This document shows, piece by piece, positions 16,926-24,264 of a DNA stretch of 36,956 nucleotides. The notes under the pieces were generated by a model. That model made no database searches, was not told where the DNA came from, and was given only the letters and a program-made list of their open reading frames with translations. The position numbers were made by a program, and so were the translations under genes. The first letter of the stretch is position 1. Every line of letters begins with the position of its first letter. Source of the DNA: Methanobacteriota archaeon (GTDB taxonomy: Archaea > Thermoplasmatota > Poseidoniia > Poseidoniales > Poseidoniaceae); assembly GCA_018650165.1 (NCBI GenBank), contig JABIGM010000053.1, positions 1 to 36,956 on the forward strand. Reading direction: 5' to 3'.

Positions 16926-19448
16926 ATGAGTAAGAGTTTCTCTAGAATGAATGCCGTTTTGCTAGCCGTCCTTTTGTGCGCATCAGTTTTGCCACAAGGA
17001 GCAGTTGCAGAAGATGGAACAACTGAACATTTTGCATTTGGTGTAGAATATGATTGGTCGAATATGAATGATGATTTTGAATCAATGACTGGATTGCCAT
17101 TGGATGATATCCTGGCAGATGTCATGCAGTCGGCTGATGATGCTGGGATCGAGATGTTAATCCTCGAAGAAATCACAGGAACATCCTCTATGGTTATCGA
17201 CCAATATGAAGATGGAACTATGATGTTGAATCCACCTGATGGTACTGGCTCAGTAGAAGTAACAAAGCACGTTACAGAATTGACCCTTCGACATGGGGCA
17301 TTAATGGACATGGCTATGATCAGCGAGTGGTCAGATGCTCGTGCTGGATGGGATCTTACAATTTCTGGAGGCTCTGAAGGAATAGTCAATATTGATGCAT
17401 ATTATGTTGAATACCGTGACGTTGATGGGCTAATTTATGGCCACGATGTTGATATGTCTATGGCAACAGAACAATCTGTATTCTTTGGCCTTCAAGGTCA
17501 TTTAGAAGCAGAAGATGGCGAATCGGTAATGCCTCTTGATATTAGCATGGAGATGGGTGTCGATTATGCTATTACCAATGCACAAAGCGAAGTTGTCTAT
17601 TCTGAAGCAAGTACTCTGTACCAAGCAATGTCTGCCTTAGAAGGCGGAGATGACCTGTATTGGAGTATTGGTGAAAGCGATGATGATTACGTTTATTGGT
17701 ATGAATTAGATGAAGATGATACAAATTGCGAATGGTACTACAGCTATGGGGAATATGAATGTCATACAATCGAAACAGTCAATGCAGATTGGACAGTTTT
17801 GACTGATGCTGACAGTTGTGATTGGAGCTCATATGAATGGGAATGCTATGGTCCGGGCTATAGCTACTGGTTCGGTTACTGTGAATATTACAACAATACA
17901 GGACAGGATGCGTATGCATGTACATATGATTTCGGCAATGAATATGATTGGGAGTACTACTTATACGATACCAATTATGAAGATGGAACCAATCCACCAG
18001 GAGTTGGTGAAGAGTATTGGTATTATTACCCTTATTGTGAACATTACGAGTACGGTGAATACCATTGCACATATGATTTCGATTGGGATGATGATTACCA
18101 GAATTCCCTAGATTGGACACACTACGAAGATGGAACTAGCCCACTAGGTGATGGTGAAATCTGGGATGAAGTCGAATCACACACAGGTACATTCTCTACC
18201 GTTACAGGATTCAATTTCGAATTAACAGGCCTACCTGCTGAAGAGATGGGATTACCTGAAGGAAAGTGGGATGTCTCTGCAAGTGATTCAGAGACTGACA
18301 CTGGTGCATTCGACGAAGATTTCGAGTGCGAAATGGGAATGGAACTATTTGAAGGCACTCAGATGATTACCACTGATGGTGAGCAAATCGAGGTTATGCA
18401 GGCATACACCTCTCCGCTTCCATTTGGAATGACTTGCCATGTTGCAAATCTATTCTATTATGCATTCATGGGTTCTGAAGACGCACCAACTCTTGCAGAT
18501 ATGGTTGAAGATTCTGTTTCTGAAATTGTTGAGAGCATGGGTGGAGATGATGAGTCTAGTGATTCGAGTGACCAACTTTTCTTAGAGGTTAGGGCTGAAG
18601 GACAAGATGAAGTCAGAATTAATGTTGAAGCATGGAACTTGGATTCCGATGGACAATACGAGGTATTCTTGGTGTTGGAGGATTCGGATGGAAACACTCA
18701 GGATGCAACATCGCTGGTAGTTCAACAAGGTACGACATATTTCTGGGACTCCGATTACATGTCTTCATCTAAGTGGGGAGAGCACTGTGTTATTGCACAA
18801 CTAAAGGATGTATCAAGTTCTAGTGCAGCAGCACCTATCGACTCCGCAACTACATGTTTCAACATTGCTCAGGAGATGGATCCGAGTGATTTGGTCATTG
18901 CTATTGCTGAAGGATTCGAAGAATCCACTCTTGAAAACGTTATGGAGAATTTTGGTAGTAACCTAGAGTACCGCCTTGAAGATTATGAAGCAGATATCGC
19001 ATACGATGATGGCGACATGTTTGTCCTTTGGGATAATACAAACAATATGGTTGTTGGATTCCAGATGGTTGTAACTACTGATAGCAGTAACATGTGGTAC
19101 ACTCTAGTTGGACCAGAGTCGGATTCCTATGGAGATGCCCCATCTCCGGTATCCCTGACATACTTCTCCGGACAGCAAGCGATTGCTCAAGAAGCAGATA
19201 TTGAAGATGACTCTACTCTCGAAGATCTTGTTGACTTAACCGCACATAATGATGACATTATAGAGGATGCAATCGAAGAATCGCTTGCAGACAATTCTCC
19301 TGAAGCTGGCGGACCGTCTGAAAATAGTGGCGATAATACAGCAGAAGCAGCGGATGATGGATTATTGCCATTTATCTCTCCGGTTTTGACAATCACAATG
19401 ATTGCGATTGCAGGTCTTGTTTCAAGTCTACGCACACGTAGAGACTAA
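16926..19448 (+). CDS. Very acidic secreted surface protein with Tyr/Trp/Cys-rich repeats and a PGF-CTERM-like C-terminal segment, 840 aa
   Basis: Signal peptide ending PQGAVA. The sequence is Asp/Glu-dominated with very few Lys/Arg. An aromatic repeat block spans ~17690-18150. A Ser/Gly/Asp linker leads to GLLPFISPVLTITMIAIAGLVSSLRTRRD (short motif, TM, basic end). Confidence 0.88.
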   Translation: MSKSFSRMNAVLLAVLLCASVLPQGAVAEDGTTEHFAFGVEYDWSNMNDDFESMTGLPLDDILADVMQSADDAGIEMLILEEITGTSSMVIDQYEDGTMMLNPPDGTGSVEVTKHVTELTLRHGALMDMAMISEWSDARAGWDLTISGGSEGIVNIDAYYVEYRDVDGLIYGHDVDMSMATEQSVFFGLQGHLEAEDGESVMPLDISMEMGVDYAITNAQSEVVYSEASTLYQAMSALEGGDDLYWSIGESDDDYVYWYELDEDDTNCEWYYSYGEYECHTIETVNADWTVLTDADSCDWSSYEWECYGPGYSYWFGYCEYYNNTGQDAYACTYDFGNEYDWEYYLYDTNYEDGTNPPGVGEEYWYYYPYCEHYEYGEYHCTYDFDWDDDYQNSLDWTHYEDGTSPLGDGEIWDEVESHTGTFSTVTGFNFELTGLPAEEMGLPEGKWDVSASDSETDTGAFDEDFECEMGMELFEGTQMITTDGEQIEVMQAYTSPLPFGMTCHVANLFYYAFMGSEDAPTLADMVEDSVSEIVESMGGDDESSDSSDQLFLEVRAEGQDEVRINVEAWNLDSDGQYEVFLVLEDSDGNTQDATSLVVQQGTTYFWDSDYMSSSKWGEHCVIAQLKDVSSSSAAAPIDSATTCFNIAQEMDPSDLVIAIAEGFEESTLENVMENFGSNLEYRLEDYEADIAYDDGDMFVLWDNTNNMVVGFQMVVTTDSSNMWYTLVGPESDSYGDAPSPVSLTYFSGQQAIAQEADIEDDSTLEDLVDLTAHNDDIIEDAIEESLADNSPEAGGPSENSGDNTAEAADDGLLPFISPVLTITMIAIAGLVSSLRTRRD

Positions 19449-19486
19449 AGCAAGAATTGAAACGAGAACAGCTCTCCTTCCTCACC

Positions 19487-20329
19487 ATGAGGGAGGGGAA
19501 GCCGTATGCCAAGTTGCTCCTTCACGGGGCTCAGTTTTTGATACTGGTCTCGCTTATACAGGCAGTAAATACTGAAATCTGGTACACAGGTGTAGTAGAA
19601 GTCGCGTATTCTGATGGCTTACCGGAAGGTTCGGGCGTGGAAGTCGAATTAGAAGTCGATCAAAAAAGGGCAGATGGTAGTATACAGGTTGATGGTTTTC
19701 TGACCTTCATGCAGTGGCAAACCACTCGTAATGACACCACTATTCCTTCGGATTTAGTTGAAGAAGAAAAGGATTTCATGGAACTAACTCCCCTTTCAGA
19801 AGTGCAAGAAGATGTCCCACTATTGTCAAAAGTTGCTTCAGCACTTGGATTATTGATATTTGGCTTGACCTTCTTCCAAATTAAAAATAGAGCAATTATT
19901 GGTTCGATTCTAAATCTTCTAGTTTTGTGGATAATAATTTCATTAGTAGTCTTGGCTCCTTTAGGATATATTGGAGGGATGGAATTTGGTTCAGGTTCAT
20001 TGGATAGGGAAGATGATGGCGAATCAACAGTTCATCAAACCACAAAAGGAAATTCGTTGATTAATCTAATAGATGGAGAATTAGAATATGAATTTGTGAC
20101 GAAGGGTTATGACCTTGGATTGGTCAATGAATCAAACCTTGATGAAGTAATTGCCGAAGCACCTGGCGAGGACCATCGCTCTTACATTGAAATGGATGGT
20201 GTTGCAGGTATCCATTACGGCCAATTTATTGTAGAATTAGTATGGGCATGGTTGGTATTATTTACCCTAGCACCTATGACTATTGCATTTAGCAATAGAG
20301 TTCGAATAGAAAAGCCACAATTATTGTGA
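19487..20329 (+). CDS. Hypothetical membrane protein with ~4 TM helices and two large acidic loops
   Basis: Hydrophobic segments LLLHGAQFLILVSLIQAV, VASALGLLIFGLTFFQI, AIIGSILNLLVLWIIISLVVLAPLGYI and FIVELVWAWLVLFTLAPMTIAF. ATG 19487 is preferred over TTG 19457, but the start is uncertain. Confidence 0.8.
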   Translation: MREGKPYAKLLLHGAQFLILVSLIQAVNTEIWYTGVVEVAYSDGLPEGSGVEVELEVDQKRADGSIQVDGFLTFMQWQTTRNDTTIPSDLVEEEKDFMELTPLSEVQEDVPLLSKVASALGLLIFGLTFFQIKNRAIIGSILNLLVLWIIISLVVLAPLGYIGGMEFGSGSLDREDDGESTVHQTTKGNSLINLIDGELEYEFVTKGYDLGLVNESNLDEVIAEAPGEDHRSYIEMDGVAGIHYGQFIVELVWAWLVLFTLAPMTIAFSNRVRIEKPQLL

Positions 20330-21103
20330 TTACTTTTGCTCTGGAATATCGCCATTGAGTGAATCAGGATTATCTTTCAGTGGCCCCCATTCAGTTCGAG
20401 TACGGTGTAATCCTATACGTTTGATCCAAATGAATCTCAAGTTCTTCCAGCCATCGCCCCAAGTATGAATCTCAGCATCACCTACACGTGGTCGATAAGG
20501 TACAGATACTTCGATTGCTTTCTTTTTACCGAGAACTTTACGAGCAAGAATCTTCATTTCTTCTGAGAGTGGCATACCATCGTTTGTTGGCCTCATTTTC
20601 TCATTTTCAAAAATAGATTTGCGGAAAACCCACATTCCAGATTGTGAGTCCTTAATGCCGTATCCATATGCTAATCTTGCATTGAATGAAAGCATCCAAT
20701 TGCCGAACCCATGCAAACCTGACATCGAACCGTCTTCAGCTAAAGTCAATCTATCACATGTGATGAAGTCTAAATCTTCATCGATTAGTCTCTTTACCAA
20801 TTCAGGAACAACTTCTGCTGGATAGGTGCAATCAGCATCCATTGTGACAATAATATCTCCTTTTGCTACAACAAAACCGGTACGGTATGCTCTTCCGTCC
20901 CCCTTCCTTGGCTCCAAATGTACACGGACTCCTTTCTCAAGAGCAATTTCACGTGTTCTATCTGTGGAACTTCCATCGACAATCATTATTTCAAGTTCAT
21001 CACACCAATCACGGGGGATAGAATCCACGGTTGGACCGAGTGCTTCCTCCTCATTTCGGGTTGGAAGAATGATTGTGACAGATACAGGTAACTTGTCCGC
21101 CAT
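20330..21103 (-). CDS. Glycosyltransferase family 2 (polyprenol-phosphate glycosyltransferase/DPM-synthase-like)
   Basis: IILPTRNEEEAL, VDGSSTDRT, DXD motif MDADCTYP, IKDSQSGMW, EVSVPYRPRVG. The start could be 21103 or 21127. Confidence 0.92.
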   Translation of the reverse strand: MADKLPVSVTIILPTRNEEEALGPTVDSIPRDWCDELEIMIVDGSSTDRTREIALEKGVRVHLEPRKGDGRAYRTGFVVAKGDIIVTMDADCTYPAEVVPELVKRLIDEDLDFITCDRLTLAEDGSMSGLHGFGNWMLSFNARLAYGYGIKDSQSGMWVFRKSIFENEKMRPTNDGMPLSEEMKILARKVLGKKKAIEVSVPYRPRVGDAEIHTWGDGWKNLRFIWIKRIGLHRTRTEWGPLKDNPDSLNGDIPEQK

Positions 21104-21186
21104 AACTCGTGGATTAAAGGATTTCATTTGAAGCCACCTATCCCTTGGATTATTTATCATATTACGAAGTGGGGTATTTGTTCGAC

Positions 21187-22455
21187 ATGCACATTGCGAT
21201 AGTGTCAGGTGAATATCCGCCTCGTTGGGGTGGAATCGGCTCGGTGGTATTCCACCTTGCAGGCCACTTTGTCCAATTGGGCCACGAAGTGAGTATAATC
21301 ACGCGTTCACATTCGGATTCGGTACCTTCACAAGAGGGCGTTGAGGTTATTCCTGTTCGCTGGGCCCGCCTTCCAATGGCTTTTACTCGCTCATATGGTA
21401 AAAATGCAATAAAAGCGTTGAAACGTCTGCATTCAAGAAAACCGATTGATGTGATCAATGCACATCTTCCTTTAGTATCATGGAAGAGAAGAGAATTCAA
21501 ATGGCTGGAGGCTAATATCGCCCCAGTTGTATCTTGTCTACATGGTTCTTGGTTGGGTGAAAAAGAAGGAGTAAAACGCGCTGCTGCAGCCCGTGAATCT
21601 GCAACATGGAGAAATCCTAATGACCTTGCAATTTTGACAACAGCCGGCTGGTATTCAAAATATGAGAGAGCAGGAATTTTAGAATCTAGTATCTGTGTTG
21701 CCAATTCACAATCAACACTAAAGGAATTCAATAGATGGTACAGACCAGATGAAAACTTTGACTGTGAAGTAATACTTTGGGGCTGTGACCACAAGGTGTT
21801 CAGACCATCAAATACCGACGAAGAATCTGAACAATTAGAACATGAAAGAATACGTAGATTATATGGTTGTGGTGATGAAGCAGCACTATCGCACCAATCC
21901 GACACCAATACTCCAATGTTACTAGCAGTCGGCCGCTTAGTAGCGCGTAAAGGTTACATGACACTTCTTAGAGCAATGCCCAAAGTATTGAATAAAAATC
22001 CCGGTGCAAAATTAGTAATCGTGGGCCGAGGGCACATGAAAGCAAGCCTCGAAAAGAATGCTCGAAAACTTGGGATTTCAGATTCGATTCACATTCAAAG
22101 CAGCCTATCCTTTGCTGAGTTAGCTCAACATTTCAGGTCAGCAGATTTGGTTGTGTATCCTTCATATTATGAGGGGCAGGGTCTGATTCCATTGGAATCA
22201 TTGGCAAGTGGTACACCTGTTGCAACAGTCGACCAAGAACCGCTAACAGAAATGGTCGATTCCACAGTGGGTGGATTATTCAAGCGAGGCGACCCAGTCG
22301 ATTTAGCTCGTTGTGTAAATGAGATGCTATCTAGCGATGAAACCGCTGGGAAAGCAATACTGGGACGGGAACGTGTTCTATCGAAATATACCTATGAGAA
22401 TAATGCTTCAGAATATGAAGCAGTCTTCCAACGAGCGATTGAAAAGAAGGGGTAA
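21187..22455 (+). CDS. Glycosyltransferase family 4 (GT-B, retaining)
   Basis: MHIAIVSGEYPPRWGGIG start, LLAVGRLVARKGY, and ADLVVYPSYYEGQGLIPLESLASGTPV (E-X7-E motif). The start is ATG 21187. Confidence 0.93.
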   Translation: MHIAIVSGEYPPRWGGIGSVVFHLAGHFVQLGHEVSIITRSHSDSVPSQEGVEVIPVRWARLPMAFTRSYGKNAIKALKRLHSRKPIDVINAHLPLVSWKRREFKWLEANIAPVVSCLHGSWLGEKEGVKRAAAARESATWRNPNDLAILTTAGWYSKYERAGILESSICVANSQSTLKEFNRWYRPDENFDCEVILWGCDHKVFRPSNTDEESEQLEHERIRRLYGCGDEAALSHQSDTNTPMLLAVGRLVARKGYMTLLRAMPKVLNKNPGAKLVIVGRGHMKASLEKNARKLGISDSIHIQSSLSFAELAQHFRSADLVVYPSYYEGQGLIPLESLASGTPVATVDQEPLTEMVDSTVGGLFKRGDPVDLARCVNEMLSSDETAGKAILGRERVLSKYTYENNASEYEAVFQRAIEKKG

Positions 22456-22495
22456 TCTGCGAAGGTCTGAAATCAAATCGCTTGTTGTGCTTATT

Positions 22496-24220
22496 ATGGC
22501 CGACGAATCATCGAGTATCCCTTCGATTGATATCGAGTTCCATGAAGCAGAGTTGATAGAAGAAGATGATTCAAAAATCCTGAATGGGATGCTTGGAATA
22601 ACCTTTGCTTTTTCAGTTGCATTTTTGATTTTAGCAACGAGCCTCGGTGAATTGGCAACAGACCAAAATTCTCCAATGTCAGAACCACTTTCCCCCGGAG
22701 ATACAATTGAAATAACATTTGGCGAGCCCATTTACATGCCTCGTCACGAAGAATGTATTGACATGGATAATGGTCAAGATGCGGAGTATGCCGGCTATGG
22801 GGTAGGATATGAGCCATCACTTTCAATCGACTCACTAGGCAATATGCAAATCACCGCTCACAAAGATTTGCGTTGGGGCGGAGAGGGAACTCCATTTGGG
22901 CCAATTTTAGGAGGCCCTACAGATACTTGGTATGCTTGTGAAGATGGTGAAATGACCTCATGGGACTATTGGGCATCGTGGTTCTGGGTCTCAACAGACA
23001 ACGGTTCTACTTGGGGTCATGGAGATAGTTTCGATCCAACTCCCGGCAATCTTGCTAATTCTGCTATTGGCTCAATCACCGGTGGCGCCTCAGAATGTCT
23101 TGGTGATGAAGGAGATATTGCAGTTGATAATAATGACGTAGTGTATTACTTGGACACCACTCTTGAGGATAACTGGTGGCACCGCTTTACTGAAGGCGGA
23201 GAATCCTATGAGATGGGCCCGGTTTGTCAGCGAATGAATACTATGGCTGCAGACGATCGCCCTTGGGTTGCTGCCCAAGGCGATGGAATTATTCACTATC
23301 TTGGAAATTCAGGAGCATCACCTCCCGAATGTACTGGAGACACAGGTCGATATTGGTACTACCATTCAGAGAACGGAGGGAATTCCTTTTCGCAATGCTT
23401 TGCAATGCCAGGGGGGTGGTCAACAATTTCCTCGGAAAATAATGGCTCTTATGTTTATGTGGCCCAAGAAGACGCCGACTCCGGCTCAGGAACAGTTCAG
23501 ATTAGAATTAGCGATGACTATGGCCGGGGTACAGGGCCTGGGCCATCAGATGGTTCTTGGGCTCCGCCTGTAGAACTTGGACCTAGAACCGGAAATTGTC
23601 CAGAAGGCTATCCGGTTGTCAATAACAACGAGGCCGGAACAGTAGTAGTAATCTGGGCTGATTGCGGAAATGGAGACCTTGGAGCGTGGGATATGCAAAT
23701 GGCAATTTCATATGACCATGGAGATACTTGGGAAGAAAGTTGGAGTGTTGCACCTGATTGGGGCGAGAGTGGCGGCATTACAATGTATCCGTTCGTCTCA
23801 ATAAGTGAGAACAACATGGTCTCAGTTGCTTGGTATGGCTTAGAGTATGGTGATGATGGTTATACTGAAGGTGATGAATGGTACCTAATGGTTGGCGGAA
23901 TTTATGAGCCTCACTTTGGCGATACCTTTGAGTGGTCAATCGCAGACCCAACTCCACTACATATTGTAACTGCATATGAGCAAGCAAACGGAGATGTTCA
24001 CGCACTGCACGATTTCTTTGAAACTGTCCATGGGCCAAATGGTGAATGGATGGGAATTGCATACCAGCAAAATATTGGATTACATCCCTTTGAGGAAAAT
24101 GAAGAACAGCGCTACATTAAATTCCTTAGGGGAGACGTAGTTACTGATGTTCCTGACCTCATTATTGTGGAAGATGAAGAAGTAGTACGCGGGCCAATTT
24201 GGATAGCGACCGATATCTGA
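22496..24220 (+). CDS. N-terminally membrane-anchored Asp-box (BNR) beta-propeller protein, sialidase-like fold, 574 aa
   Basis: The start is moved to MADESS (22496) to avoid overlap with the GT4 gene. TM at ~22586-22648. Asp-box motifs STDNGSTW (22991), SENGGNSF (23366), SDDYG (23510) and SYDHGDTW (23708). Confidence 0.82.
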   Translation: MADESSSIPSIDIEFHEAELIEEDDSKILNGMLGITFAFSVAFLILATSLGELATDQNSPMSEPLSPGDTIEITFGEPIYMPRHEECIDMDNGQDAEYAGYGVGYEPSLSIDSLGNMQITAHKDLRWGGEGTPFGPILGGPTDTWYACEDGEMTSWDYWASWFWVSTDNGSTWGHGDSFDPTPGNLANSAIGSITGGASECLGDEGDIAVDNNDVVYYLDTTLEDNWWHRFTEGGESYEMGPVCQRMNTMAADDRPWVAAQGDGIIHYLGNSGASPPECTGDTGRYWYYHSENGGNSFSQCFAMPGGWSTISSENNGSYVYVAQEDADSGSGTVQIRISDDYGRGTGPGPSDGSWAPPVELGPRTGNCPEGYPVVNNNEAGTVVVIWADCGNGDLGAWDMQMAISYDHGDTWEESWSVAPDWGESGGITMYPFVSISENNMVSVAWYGLEYGDDGYTEGDEWYLMVGGIYEPHFGDTFEWSIADPTPLHIVTAYEQANGDVHALHDFFETVHGPNGEWMGIAYQQNIGLHPFEENEEQRYIKFLRGDVVTDVPDLIIVEDEEVVRGPIWIATDI

Positions 24221-24226
24221 TTTGTC

Positions 24227-24250
24227 GGGGTTGTCTTGAAAACCAACCCC
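24227..24250. promoter_or_regulatory. Inverted repeat GGGGTTG-N10-CAACCCC enclosing TTGAAA
   Basis: Perfect 7-bp arms in a 44-bp intergenic gap. The enclosed TTGAAA lies 24-29 nt upstream of ATG 24265. It could be an operator, a promoter element or an RNA hairpin. Confidence 0.4.
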
Positions 24251-24264
24251 TCGCATGCATGTAC

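Noticed and set aside
19487-20329. Possible archaeosortase next to the PGF-like protein
   Set aside because: It has only ~4 TMs and no Cys, so the catalytic Cys/Arg/His set of exo/archaeosortases cannot be present.
22319-22495. 59-aa N-terminal extension of the Asp-box protein
   Set aside because: It overlaps the GT4 3' end in another frame. ATG 22496 gives a normal type-II membrane N-terminus.
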